64,000 nt of DNA from the NCBI GenBank assembly GCA_964035575.1, contig OZ037840.1, positions 744,001 to 808,000 on the forward strand, read 5' to 3'. Positions 48,501 through 59,645 of the stretch are shown one piece after another. The notes beneath the pieces are model-generated. The model was not told the DNA's origin. It saw only the letters and a program-made list of their open reading frames with translations, and did not search any database. A program made the position numbers and the translations under genes. The number at the start of each line of letters is the position of its first letter. Within the stretch, counting starts at the first letter, position 1. The DNA is from Rhynchopus sp. YZ270_cl-10 (taxonomy: Eukaryota).

Positions 48501-50681
48501 TAATTTTTTTCGCCTGCGGCGCCACTTTATATTATTTTTTTGCTCCGCAAAAAATAGAGTTTCCAATGTCGTAGGGAACCCCCTTGCATTTTGCAGCCAT
48601 AAATGCAACTTGACCAAAGCTGCAAAAAGTTGACCATTTTTTCAAAATGACCCACCGTTGTAACAGCTTCTGGAAGACGTATTGGCTTTGTACGGTTAGT
48701 GGAACGTAAGGTGCAAGACCAAGCCTGTTAACACAGGATTATATTCCATTTTCTTTGTTGTCTCGCAAAATTTACCCTTTGCCTCTCCACTCTGCGGTTG
48801 GCAGGGAGGCGCGCGCGAAGCGCGCGACGACCGCTTTCAACCTGGGAAAAATTTTTCTAAACCAGCAAACCAGCAACATTTGAAAAGTGCACCTTTCAAG
48901 CTACTACCCTGGCCAGCAACATCACAAAAAAAAAAAACACCACCATCAGCCACACCTTGATCTGCGAGGAAGAAACCTCCCGTGAAGCTCTTTACACCGA
49001 CGCTGTCCACGAGAATGTGGCGCTTCTTGAAGACGAGCCTGAAGAGCGCGCAGTTTCCTTTGAACTCGCTGCGGCACGACATGCTGCGTTGGTCGACCAT
49101 CTGTCTGCAGCTGTGGACGGAGAAGCTGAAGGACGTGCCGTCATTGTGCGCATGGTGCGTGAGGAGTATCGCACGCTGCGCAACCTCAGCCATGCGGGGG
49201 CTGAGGCGGCAGGCTTTAGGGAGATGCTCCAGAGCGTTGCTTCTCTTGAAGCTGCCGTGCGCGCCACGCTTGACTCAGAGTACACCGAGGTCACTGCGGC
49301 GCTGTCCAGCGAAGAGTTCGCAGCCCGCGCAGTGGTGCAGGAAAGGTTGATCCGAGGAGGAAGTGTAGGGCGTATTGCCACATCGTCAAAGGTGGTCCGC
49401 ATGCGTGTAGTAGCGGACCGAGCCCTTGTTCGTGCAGGATATGCAAAAGACAGCAAAAAGGTCGCCAACATCGCAAAAGGCGAAATCTTCCACATCATCG
49501 AAAGAAAAGGCAACCGAGCCAAACTGCGTGAACACAACGGATGGGTTTCTGTCGTGTCTATGGTATGATTATTGTAGGGTTTCCTTTTTACTTCTTTTTG
49601 TAGGCCGCAGGGCACTTTGCGCTTTCATCTAGTTGACATCGTACATAGATCAGCGGGAGGTGCCTGCATTAATAACTTCACATTGGTATTATCTGTACAC
49701 CATTCTATTCAGCAGAATAGTTAGTATATGAAACAATGTATACCATTCTAGTATAATATGATAAAGAGGGGGGTTTTTTGCTAGACTTTTGCGTTCTTTC
49801 AGTTTAGCAAAAGAGTCGAATAATAACAACAAACACAGACGGGAGACGCGATCCTGCAGGAGATGGACGATGGGGGCGAAGAGGAGGAGGAGGAGGAGGA
49901 TATGGCAGGAGGCGAGGCTGTGGAGGGGGAAGGGGAAGGGGAAGGGGAAGGGGAGGGTGAAGGGGGTGCCGAGAGCCTGAAGGAGGTCGCGTCCTCGAGC
50001 AGCCTGGATGCTGCTGCGGGGCAGGCTGCGGCAGGCATATCGCAGGTATGAGATGGTGTCTTTATTTTTCTCACCTTTTGCATGGTTCTGGCTTAAAGGC
50101 GTTTCAGTGAACTGCGTTTCGTACTCTTTTTTTTGGTGTGTTTAGGGGTTTGGGAGGATAAAAAAAATGACGTTATTCCTTACCCCATCGGGGGGTGAAA
50201 CATTCTACAAACCTAAATAAGGCATAGAGAAGCCCACTCATCACCGTTTTATCAAAGTCCAATTTTTTTTTCTCTTCCTGCTTTGTGCTTTTTACACTTA
50301 CCGTAATACTCTGATATCCCTCTCATAGGTGTCTGCGTCGCTGGAGAAGGGGTGGATGTCGTTTGCGGGTGCCATGGGGCAGGTGCGTCTCCCAGGGCCT
50401 ATGGCGAAGGTATGTAGTCTTGAGCGGGAAGGGACCTCAGTGGGGAAGAGGTGATTAGATGCAACCCTGATTCTCAGGATCGTGTGGAACATAGGGTCAA
50501 CACAATACATGACTTTTAATGATTAAAAGTGTAAAATTCCTTCGATAATCGCCTCATAGGGCATTTTTGGTAACCTCGGTGATGATGATGGGGGTCAGAT
50601 TCCACAGATTGAAAAGATATGGAAACTCATTTTTTTTATCATTTCCACACACAGTCGCCTGCACCTAAGAAGAGCTCGTAG
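45570..50681 (+). CDS. Membrane-anchored coiled-coil protein with an SH3-like domain, 5 exons
   Basis: Exons 45570-47443, 48950-49562, 49839-50045, 50329-50409 and 50655-50681 join in frame. Signal peptide, TM segment, many E-E-x-x-R helical repeats. ALVRAGY..DS..V..I.KGE.F.IIE..GNRAKL...GWVS resembles an SH3b-type domain. Confidence 0.7.
47700..48355. mobile_element. TIR element carrying a (GTACACA)n array
   Basis: Perfect 12-bp TIR TGGTGTGGCTGA / TCAGCCACACCA with flanks ATGTC / ATGTG. (AAAATAGCAG)n blocks lie near both ends and ~24 GTACACA copies lie at 47903-48075. Relatives at 61655-61711 and 62197-62369; a lone end at about 39160-39188. Confidence 0.85.
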
Positions 50682-51569
50682 TACAGCAAAAAAAGAACAA
50701 AAACGCGGACTGCCCGTTCACGGGGGTACACATTGTCAAAGTTTTCAGAAAAAGAAAAAAAGAAAGCGCGTTGACTCGACTTGAGGTGCTCAAAAAGCCT
50801 CCCATTTATTTTTTCAAAAGGTCCTGGGCCGTACGATAGCGTATCAAATAAACGACGAACACGGGATTTTTTTTATTTTAAGAGATGAACGCACATAGGC
50901 GGTAAATGGTTTTTTTTTCTAACTGTCCCCCCTTTTTTTTTTGGAGCAACCACGCTATGAAGGAATATTCTATTATTGCGGTTAACCTCTCTAACTGCAG
51001 CTATTGATGTTATTTTCGTGTTTTCCCCCTACCCCCCTGAAGTAACCAAGAGAAGCACAGTACACCTGTGTGAAAAGCTAGCTGATAATCCCTTTCCCTC
51101 TGGGAGGGGTGAGGGGTTTGTAGACTGCAAACAACTCACGAAGGAAACCCAAAAAAAGGGGGCATTTTTCTTCTTCTCTTTTTTTGTGATGTGTCTGCTC
51201 TCCTCCTTCTCCCTCGCCACCCAGCTCTCTTCCCCCCCCCCAAAAAAAAAAAAAAAAAAAACAGCAACTAACATAACGTTTAAAAGAAAGACTGCCCTCC
51301 TGCCCTACTTCCACTTTGCGATATTTTTGCCTCCATTGTTCACCCCTACAGGAAGAGGTTACACATTTTTTTTTTTTTTGCCCTCAAAGAGGTTTCCTCT
51401 TCACTGCCAGTCAGTGGGAGCGTATTGCAGTAATAAAAAATAGCACCGCAGATTATTAATTACACACTTTACGCACAAACACAGTGGAGATTGCACAACT
51501 GTGGCAACACAACCGCGGCAACTACACTACTCCAACAATTTATCAAACATTTTTTTTTTTTTTTGAGAA

Positions 51570-53687
51570 ATGAAATGGCTCAGAGCAGCGCTTTCCTTAG
51601 GAGGTACTTTGACGAAGAAGCAGCAGCAGAAGCGGACGTCGTTCTTTGCCATCCACATCGCTGGGATATGTGCCCTTTTGGGCTATTGGTCTTCACGGTG
51701 GGAGGCGGTTTTGGCACATCAGATGAACATGGTGATACAGATCATTATTTTTACACTTTGCATGAGTGGACTGATAGTCGTGCTCTGCGGCTGGAGGCTG
51801 ACCACCGGCTTCGTTGTGGGCCAGGCGTACATGATAGCAGGGTGTGTATTAATGATAGACCTGATTGCGCGGACCATTGGTGGGTCCTTTTGGGCAGCGC
51901 TGGTCATAACGGTGGATTACCTGCTTGTGATGCAGGTTCCGTCGAGGTACTGTGTTGGGCTTGTATGTGTTACGATATGTTGGCTTGTGTTCGTGGCAGT
52001 GGAGGAAAGCGTCAGGTTTGGATTGTTTGATCTGCCAGGCCTGCCGCCACAGAACGGAAAGAATGGGAGACGTGACCGATTGGAGGAGGCGACGGCCTGC
52101 ACAGAGCTGCCCTGTGCGTTCAATTCGTACGCATCGTTGGTGCAAGCAGTGACAGTCTTCAGTCTTGACTTTGTGGCGACGCGAGGGTTTGCACGTGACA
52201 TGCTGAAGGAGCAGGCAGCAATGGAGAGGACGATCAGTGTGGTGCAGGAGATTGCGAGTCTGCTTGCCAAGTACGACGTGGAGGGTGTGGCGGAGATGCT
52301 GAAGGTGCAAAGGGACGAGCTCCCAGAGGAGATGCACGCAACACTGCAGAGGATGGAGGAGAACCTGCGGAAGTACCGTCCCTACCTCCCCGCAGCGCTG
52401 TTTGAGGAGGAGGGTGGTGCGCCAAGCGCGTCTGTGCCGCCACCTGTGCTTGCGAACGACGTGGGAACGATTGTCTTTACAGACATCCGTTCGTCGACGT
52501 CGATCTGGGAGTGTGCGCCAGAAGGGATGTGTGCTGCGCTGAAGATCCACAACGCTGTGCTGCGTGAGGTGATGCAGGTGTTTGGTGGGTACGAAGTGAA
52601 GACAATCGGCGACGCCTTCATGGTTGCCTTCGCATCAACAGCTGACGGTGTGAACTTTGGCCTGAAGGTGCACGAGCGTCTTTTGGAAGCAAACTGGCCT
52701 GCGTCGCTGCTTGAGGAGGCACCGATCTGTGCTGAACAGGGCTCACTTTGGGGTGGACTGACTGTGCGCATTGGTGTGAACAGTGGTCCTGTGACTGTGG
52801 AGCAGAACACACTGACGGGACGGACAGACTACTTCGGACACACGGTGAACGTTGCATCACGTCTTGAGAGCACATGCACACCAGGAGCTGTGGCTGTACT
52901 TTCTGACCTGTGGACTTCTGTCTGTGGGTTGTGCACTGCTGTTGCTGGTGAGGCTGAAGCACTTGACTTGAAGGGTGTGTCACAGGCAATGCGTGTGCGT
53001 TGCTTGTGGCCTGCTTCACTTGCGGGGCGAGCACACAACCCTCTTGCTGATGTGGACATGTGTGCACACTCAGTGGCCATGTCTATCAAGGGATGCGGGA
53101 TGTCAGTGAAGTCACTGGGGTCATCACCACAGGGCTCATTGGGGTCAGAAAATTCTGCCATGTTTCGACCACAACTGGGTCGACAGGTGACCGGCACTGT
53201 CGGTGTTGTGGACATTGAAGTGGGTGACGAATCTGCCCTGAAAGCACTGCACACAATGAACGCAGGACTTGCAACACTCACGATTACCCTGGACCAGAGC
53301 GGTGGGAGCCTGGTGACACTGCTTGGGAGCTGTGTGTGCGTTGGGTGGAACGTGACCCGTTCGGCACCTGCACACATGGAGAACGCGGTGCGGTTTGCAC
53401 AACGGATGATGGCGAAGACTGCGTACTTCAAGGGTGCTGGTGTTGTGAGTGGTCCTGTGCAGCACGGGGACATTGGCAGCCACAAACAACGCTTTGTGAC
53501 AGTGTTGGGACGCATTGTGCGACGGAGCTGGACGCTGTGTGAAGAAGCTGTGCGTGAGGGGGGCACATGCCTTTACGAACCCGACAGCACAACACTGCCG
53601 TCTGCACTTGAAGACACTCTTGTGCAACACAAGGGTGGTGGCTACAGAGTGGTTTGCGACGACAGGGACAGAGTGGAGTGCATTTGA
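51570..53687 (+). CDS. Multi-pass membrane class III adenylyl cyclase (705 aa), paralog of 4325-6424
   Basis: Same architecture and catalytic motifs; the cyclase core is nearly identical at DNA level. Confidence 0.92.
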   Translation: MKWLRAALSLGGTLTKKQQQKRTSFFAIHIAGICALLGYWSSRWEAVLAHQMNMVIQIIIFTLCMSGLIVVLCGWRLTTGFVVGQAYMIAGCVLMIDLIARTIGGSFWAALVITVDYLLVMQVPSRYCVGLVCVTICWLVFVAVEESVRFGLFDLPGLPPQNGKNGRRDRLEEATACTELPCAFNSYASLVQAVTVFSLDFVATRGFARDMLKEQAAMERTISVVQEIASLLAKYDVEGVAEMLKVQRDELPEEMHATLQRMEENLRKYRPYLPAALFEEEGGAPSASVPPPVLANDVGTIVFTDIRSSTSIWECAPEGMCAALKIHNAVLREVMQVFGGYEVKTIGDAFMVAFASTADGVNFGLKVHERLLEANWPASLLEEAPICAEQGSLWGGLTVRIGVNSGPVTVEQNTLTGRTDYFGHTVNVASRLESTCTPGAVAVLSDLWTSVCGLCTAVAGEAEALDLKGVSQAMRVRCLWPASLAGRAHNPLADVDMCAHSVAMSIKGCGMSVKSLGSSPQGSLGSENSAMFRPQLGRQVTGTVGVVDIEVGDESALKALHTMNAGLATLTITLDQSGGSLVTLLGSCVCVGWNVTRSAPAHMENAVRFAQRMMAKTAYFKGAGVVSGPVQHGDIGSHKQRFVTVLGRIVRRSWTLCEEAVREGGTCLYEPDSTTLPSALEDTLVQHKGGGYRVVCDDRDRVECI

Positions 53688-54293
53688 TGACAGTTGCAAT
53701 ATACCAGTTGGGTTTTGACTATGTTAACCGCGCCTGTTCGAGCCTGAGGGGACTGTACTACCTTCTTCGCTTGCCACTCTTCTCCCATCTGACGCGGGAC
53801 GAGAGGGTGTGTTCAGGATTATTAAGGAACTGCCATGATACCCAATGGCGTCTATCACGGGTTTCCACCCCTGTTTTGCCAAAATCGAAAAAAAAGGGTA
53901 CTTCAACAACAAGCGGGTCAGACCAGATTTCGCCTATACCTTATCTCCCACATTCTATCTGGTAAGGGATAGGGTCCAATCTTTGCATCTCCTCGTCTGT
54001 TGAGGCGGTATTAATATTCAACTCCATAATTACTCTGGAGGGGACGATTGTCGACAAAGTAAACAAAAACATTACCATATCACATAGTCCACCCTCCCCC
54101 TACTCCCTTTTTCGTATACTACACGACGGAAGCCAGTGACAAGAAATCGCATGTCATTTCACTTGTCACTTGTCACTGGATCCCGTCGTGTACCTGCCCC
54201 ACCTTACCTTACCCACTACAGAGCGCACATCCACTCCCCCTTTGTTTTCTTCGTTTTTTTTTTTTTTTGGATGTGCTCTGCAACTGCAGCAAG

Positions 54294-57200
54294 ATGACGT
54301 ACGCACACGAGGCTCCGGAGCCAAGCCCGCACCCCTACTACCAGGCAAATGGCGCAGTGCAAACGTTCCCTTCGCCGCAGCAGGATTTTGTGTTTCCGAC
54401 GCAGAGCGACAACACAAGCGCGTCTCACATGAAGAACACCTCATACAATACGTCTGCCTACACGGTCAAGACTGAGGAGCAGGAGCAGGAGGACAATCTC
54501 AGCAATGCTTCCGGAGTCACTGCATTTGTGCCCGACTGGGGGCCAGGATTCAGGAACACCGTCAGAACGAGTGTTATCATGAATCCGTGGTTTGAACGGT
54601 TCTGGCTGTTGGTCATCACAGCGAACTGTGTGGCCCTCGCGATGGAAGACCCGACAGATAAGGACTGCGAAACAAATCGCTGTCAATTCACTAAAATCGC
54701 AGACTACGTCTTCACGAACCTCTTCGTCGTGGAGATGGCGCTGAAGCTCATTGGCTTGGGTGTGTGGCGCAGACACGACTCGTACTTCAGAGATTCGTGG
54801 AACATCATGGACGCACTCATCGTGGTGTCCGGTGTCATCGCCTTCCTGCTTGACGTGATCTTCTCAGTGTCGGGCCCAGCGTTGACGGGGCTGCGTGCAT
54901 TCCGTCTGCTGCGTCCGCTCAAGGCGATCCAGTCGTTTCCCGCGGTGCGGCTGTTGATTCAGTCCATTCTCGCATCGTTGCCAAAGCTGGGGGATGTGTT
55001 CATTCTGTACTTCTTCTTCGTGCTTGTGATGGGGATCATCTCGCTGCAGCAGTGGCGTGGTGCCCTCTCGCTGCGTTGTGCAACGGAAGAATCGTACCAA
55101 GCAGTACTGCAGCAGAACAACGATGCCCTGTACGAGCTTGCGGAAGACGGGCGTGTGTGCACGAACTCAAGCCACTTCCACGTAGGTGGGCATCTCTGTG
55201 ACTTCGGATACGTCTGCGTGCGGCACGGCGGGAACCCTGAGGGCGGGCTGCTCTCCTTCGACAACATCGGGGTGGCGGCACTGACGCTGTTTGTGGCGCT
55301 GACGCTTGAAGGGTGGACCGACGCGATGTACGAGACCATGGACGCGACGACGTACTTTGCTGCCTTTTTCTGGGTGATCCTTGTCATCTTTGGCGCCTTT
55401 TTCATTCTCAACCTTACTATTGTCATTATTACTGAGGCTTTTGAGATGAAGCAATACGAGCAGAAGACTTCTGCGTTTCGCGCCATTGACACCGATGGTG
55501 GGGGCGAACTCGACTTGGACGAGGTGCGACAACTTCTCACACGTCTTAATGGTGAGCCGCCTTCCGAAGCCGAGCTGGACAAAGTCTTTACGGAGATGGA
55601 CGCTGACGGAGGTGGTACGGTGTCGTTGGAGGAGTTCCTTGCCTATGCTGATACACACGCAGCCACTGTGGGCGCTGTGCTTACGAAGGGCGGCGGGCAG
55701 AACAACGTTGGCTTCATTCGCATGATGCGCACAAAGCTGTCTGTGTTCCCCTGCATACCCTCGCCCAATGCAGAGAAGATAAAGAAGCTCCCATTGCACA
55801 AACGCCACCGTGGTCCCTTCGTCGACAGTGTCTTCCAGCTGGTCGAGCCAACAGGCAAACATACACGCACCCCAGCAGCAAACAGGCTCTTCGACAGAAC
55901 AGTGATGGTGGTCATCATCCTCAACACCATCGCCCTCGCAATCGAGCACCACGGCCAGCCAGATGAGATGACCACTGTGCTTGAGGTCTTCAACTACATC
56001 TTCACAATATTCTTTGCCCTCGAAGCCGTCATCAAAATTATCGGTCTCGGCACCGGATATGTGGAAGACAAGTTCAACATCTTCGACTTCATCGTGTCCC
56101 TGCTCTCGGTGGTGGGTCTCTTTGGCGTTGTCGGGAATGTGTCGGTGTTCCGCACGTTCCGTGCCCTGCGTGTGCTGCGCCTGGCGAAGCAGGTGCCACT
56201 CCTGCAGCGCTGGATCGGGATTCTGCTGAACTCAATGAAAGGTGCTGCGGTGCTGACGTCGCTGCTGATGCTTGTGGTCTTTATTGTGGCACTGCTCGGG
56301 ATGCAGCTGTTTGGGGGGAACTTCTGCCACCTTGACGAGGACTTTGATGCAAACGCCGCAGGGCTGACGGATGCAGAACGTGGGAAGGGACGTGGCTGTG
56401 GTGGTGTACCACGCTCCAACTACGACGACCTGCCGAGCGCGCTGATGACAACATTCCAGATCCTGACTGGCGAGGACTGGAACAAGATCATGTACAACGG
56501 GATGCGTGCTGCGGGGGACTGGGTGTCTGTGTACTACGTGCTGTACTACATGCTGGGGAACTACATGATGCTGAACCTCTTCATTGCTGTGCTTCTCAAC
56601 AGCAGGGACCCAGGCGACCCTGACGAGGAAGAAGACGAGGAGGACAGCGAGCAGGACGTTGAGCTTGAAGCACTGCCACTGCAACCACAATATCCCCCTG
56701 CCGGCGGCCTCCTCACACCCAGCGACGGCACGTGGCGCCCTGAAGGCAAAGCCGTCACCTTCCTCCAGGATACCCCCTCTGCAGCGAGCTACCAGCCTCC
56801 AGTGTGGGACAACGCTGAGAAGATCGTGAGCCCCTCCCTCGGCCCCTCTGAGCAGGACACGAAGACGCAGTACGCGAAAGCTGCGGAGGACAAGGAGAGG
56901 GAGGCCGAAGGGGAGGGGGAGGGGGAGGGGGAGGAGGAGGAGGTGTCCGAAGGCCCCTCACGCCTCGACCCGTATCTGCCAGACTGGTTGAAGGCCCTGC
57001 GGGAGTCCGAGCGCTCCCTCCTGTTCCTCAGCACGGAGAACTTCATCCGCCAGAAGATGCTCTGGATCATCAGCACCACAGCCTTCGAAGCAGTCGTGCT
57101 GCTCTGCATCCTCGTCTCCACAGTCACCCTTGCCCTCGAGAACCCGGTCCGCCCACCAGACCACCCACAGGAGCTCCTCCTGGCACAAGTCAACTTCGTC

Positions 57201-59645
57201 ATGGTCTGGGTCTTTCTCACAGAGTGTCTGTTTAAGGTAGTCGGGATGGGGTTTGTTTTACACAAAACAAGTTATCTGCGTTCAGAAGGGTGGAACATTC
57301 TTGACTTTGTGATTGTGTGTGTCAGCCTTCTGTCGTTGGTGATCCCAGGAGGCAACTCGCTTGAGTTCATCAAGATCATGCGCACGCTGCGTCCCCTGCG
57401 CTTCATCAACAAGTCTGAGGGGATGAAGGTCGTTGTCCAGGCGCTGGTGAAGAGCCTGGGCCCGTTGCTGAACGTGATGTTGATCTCGCTGCTGGTGTGG
57501 GTGATCTTCGGCATCATGGGGGTACAAATCTTTGCGGGGAAGTTCCACCGCTGTTCGCTCAACGACTACGGCGACATGGAGGCCGAGAAGGGCATCACCT
57601 TCCGCGTGGACTGTCTCGACATCGACAAATGTTCCGGCGACGACGGCGAGCCCTGCAGGTGGCTGAACTACGTCTCACACTTCGACCACCTGCCTGCAGC
57701 GTTCCTGAACCTCTTTGAGGTGGCGTCGCTTGAAGGGTGGGTCGACGTGATGAACCTTGGGATTGACTCCGTTTCGTACGACGAGGCGCCGAGACGGAAC
57801 AACAACCGGTGGATGGCGCTGTACTTTTTGATTTTTGTTGTGTTTGGCGCCTTTTTCATTATCAACATGTTTATTGGCGTGCTTATTGACACATACTACC
57901 AGGAAAAGGAAAAGGCATCTAAGGGGGGAATGTTCCTAGATGAAGGACAGAAGCTGTGGGTGGACAACCACCGCCGCATGCTCGACCTAATCGAAGAACG
58001 TCGCCAGGAGCGCAGCTCTGTACAGAAGGGGGTTCTCCACCTCTTTGTCGTATCCGTCTACATGGACGTCTTCATCACGGGGTGCATCATTCTCAACGTC
58101 ATCCTCATGGCCACAGAGCACTACCCCGCAAGCCCCGTGTACGAGGACTTTCTCTCTTGGGCTAACCACGTGTTCTATGGGGTCTTCCTGCTAGAGGCTA
58201 TATTGAAAATTATAGGGATGGGCCCAAAGCTGTACTTCGCAGAAGTGTGGAATCGGTTTGACTTTACGATTGTGTGTCTTTCGACAGTGGGTGTGGTGAT
58301 GGAAACAATTATTCATGCGGGGGCGGTGGTCAGCATTTTCCGGATTCTGCGTCTGGCCCGCCTGCTGCGCATGGTGAAGAAGGCAAAGGGCATCAAGCGC
58401 ATCCTGCGCACGCTGCTGCTCTCCCTCCCCTCAATGATGAACGTGGCGGGGATCCTCTTCCTCATGTTCTTCGTCTACGCGGTGCTCGGTGTGAAGCTCT
58501 TCGCAAAGCTGCGGCGTGGCGGGCCCGACGATGCGATGGGGCGGTACGCAAACTTCGAGAACTTTGGGTTCTCCCTTTTGCTTCTCCTCCGCATGACGAC
58601 AGGCGAGGCGTGGCAGTCCGTTCTCAAGGAGGCCTCTGTGGAGCCCCCGCACGCATGCTCCGAGCACCTCGGGAACTGCGGGCATCCCTTCATTGCGGTG
58701 GTCTACTTCTGCTCCTTCACGCTTGCGGGGATGTACGTTCTTCTCAACCTTTTCATTGCTGTTATCTTGGACGCCTTTTCACAGTCCAACGAGGAAGGCG
58801 TTTGCACAGACGAATACGTAACACACATGAAAGAAGTCTGGGACAAATGGTGCCGCTCCACACCGTACGACGACGAACAGGGCATTCACATTGACGACCT
58901 GAACAAATACCTCAAGGACTTAAAGCCTCCATTGGGCCTACGCGAGGACGCAACACACAAAGAAGCAGAACGGCACATCACACCTTTGGACCTCGTATAC
59001 GACGAAACTTCCGGCCTCATTCTCGAGGCAGAACTTATCCCAAAGCTCTTCCGCCAAGCATATGGCAAGGACCTACCCGACGAGATCTCCGCAAAGCTTG
59101 AAAAGAAGGAGCAGAACTCTGAAGGCCTTCTCACTGCTACTGCCCAACGCGATCGCAAGAAAAGCCACTCCGACTTAATCGCCGTTGTTCGTGCCCAAGC
59201 GTTGGTTCGAGGGTGGCTAGCAAGAAGGAGAGTACGAGACAAAAAGATCGGGGACAAACGTCCCCATCCGCTCCAGCCCCCCTCGCAACTAGCCTTGAGT
59301 AGCAGTTCGGTGTCGGAGGACCGCTTTGTTCTTGGACCATACGCGACGTCGGTGACCACCCCAGGAAGCTCCTTCCAGGTGTGGATTGAGCCTGACGAGG
59401 AGACCCATCACCACCACCACCACCACCGCACCCCCGATGCGTCAGGGTATGCCCATCCTGTACCGACCAGCCAGTTTGGCAGGGGGGCAGGAAGGGTGGC
59501 TCAGATGCAGCCAGACCACGCCTCGCCGTATGGAAGGGGGGCGCACAGTCCGGTGCATGTGCTCCCTTCAGGGGGGCGAGGCGAAGGTAAAATGACAGTT
59601 GATGAATACCTGAGGACTCATAAATGCAAGATTTCTGTGATCTGA
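54294..59645 (+). CDS. Four-domain voltage-gated Ca channel alpha subunit (EEEE filter) with an EF-hand pair and an IQ motif, intronless
   Basis: First ATG at 54294. Four S4 segments (LRAFRLLRPLK, FRTFRALRVLR, MRTLRPLRFINK, FRILRLARLLR). Pore loops TLEGW, TGEDW, SLEGW and TGEAW. IQ-like AQALVRGWLARR. Confidence 0.95.
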   Translation: MTYAHEAPEPSPHPYYQANGAVQTFPSPQQDFVFPTQSDNTSASHMKNTSYNTSAYTVKTEEQEQEDNLSNASGVTAFVPDWGPGFRNTVRTSVIMNPWFERFWLLVITANCVALAMEDPTDKDCETNRCQFTKIADYVFTNLFVVEMALKLIGLGVWRRHDSYFRDSWNIMDALIVVSGVIAFLLDVIFSVSGPALTGLRAFRLLRPLKAIQSFPAVRLLIQSILASLPKLGDVFILYFFFVLVMGIISLQQWRGALSLRCATEESYQAVLQQNNDALYELAEDGRVCTNSSHFHVGGHLCDFGYVCVRHGGNPEGGLLSFDNIGVAALTLFVALTLEGWTDAMYETMDATTYFAAFFWVILVIFGAFFILNLTIVIITEAFEMKQYEQKTSAFRAIDTDGGGELDLDEVRQLLTRLNGEPPSEAELDKVFTEMDADGGGTVSLEEFLAYADTHAATVGAVLTKGGGQNNVGFIRMMRTKLSVFPCIPSPNAEKIKKLPLHKRHRGPFVDSVFQLVEPTGKHTRTPAANRLFDRTVMVVIILNTIALAIEHHGQPDEMTTVLEVFNYIFTIFFALEAVIKIIGLGTGYVEDKFNIFDFIVSLLSVVGLFGVVGNVSVFRTFRALRVLRLAKQVPLLQRWIGILLNSMKGAAVLTSLLMLVVFIVALLGMQLFGGNFCHLDEDFDANAAGLTDAERGKGRGCGGVPRSNYDDLPSALMTTFQILTGEDWNKIMYNGMRAAGDWVSVYYVLYYMLGNYMMLNLFIAVLLNSRDPGDPDEEEDEEDSEQDVELEALPLQPQYPPAGGLLTPSDGTWRPEGKAVTFLQDTPSAASYQPPVWDNAEKIVSPSLGPSEQDTKTQYAKAAEDKEREAEGEGEGEGEEEEVSEGPSRLDPYLPDWLKALRESERSLLFLSTENFIRQKMLWIISTTAFEAVVLLCILVSTVTLALENPVRPPDHPQELLLAQVNFVMVWVFLTECLFKVVGMGFVLHKTSYLRSEGWNILDFVIVCVSLLSLVIPGGNSLEFIKIMRTLRPLRFINKSEGMKVVVQALVKSLGPLLNVMLISLLVWVIFGIMGVQIFAGKFHRCSLNDYGDMEAEKGITFRVDCLDIDKCSGDDGEPCRWLNYVSHFDHLPAAFLNLFEVASLEGWVDVMNLGIDSVSYDEAPRRNNNRWMALYFLIFVVFGAFFIINMFIGVLIDTYYQEKEKASKGGMFLDEGQKLWVDNHRRMLDLIEERRQERSSVQKGVLHLFVVSVYMDVFITGCIILNVILMATEHYPASPVYEDFLSWANHVFYGVFLLEAILKIIGMGPKLYFAEVWNRFDFTIVCLSTVGVVMETIIHAGAVVSIFRILRLARLLRMVKKAKGIKRILRTLLLSLPSMMNVAGILFLMFFVYAVLGVKLFAKLRRGGPDDAMGRYANFENFGFSLLLLLRMTTGEAWQSVLKEASVEPPHACSEHLGNCGHPFIAVVYFCSFTLAGMYVLLNLFIAVILDAFSQSNEEGVCTDEYVTHMKEVWDKWCRSTPYDDEQGIHIDDLNKYLKDLKPPLGLREDATHKEAERHITPLDLVYDETSGLILEAELIPKLFRQAYGKDLPDEISAKLEKKEQNSEGLLTATAQRDRKKSHSDLIAVVRAQALVRGWLARRRVRDKKIGDKRPHPLQPPSQLALSSSSVSEDRFVLGPYATSVTTPGSSFQVWIEPDEETHHHHHHHRTPDASGYAHPVPTSQFGRGAGRVAQMQPDHASPYGRGAHSPVHVLPSGGRGEGKMTVDEYLRTHKCKISVI

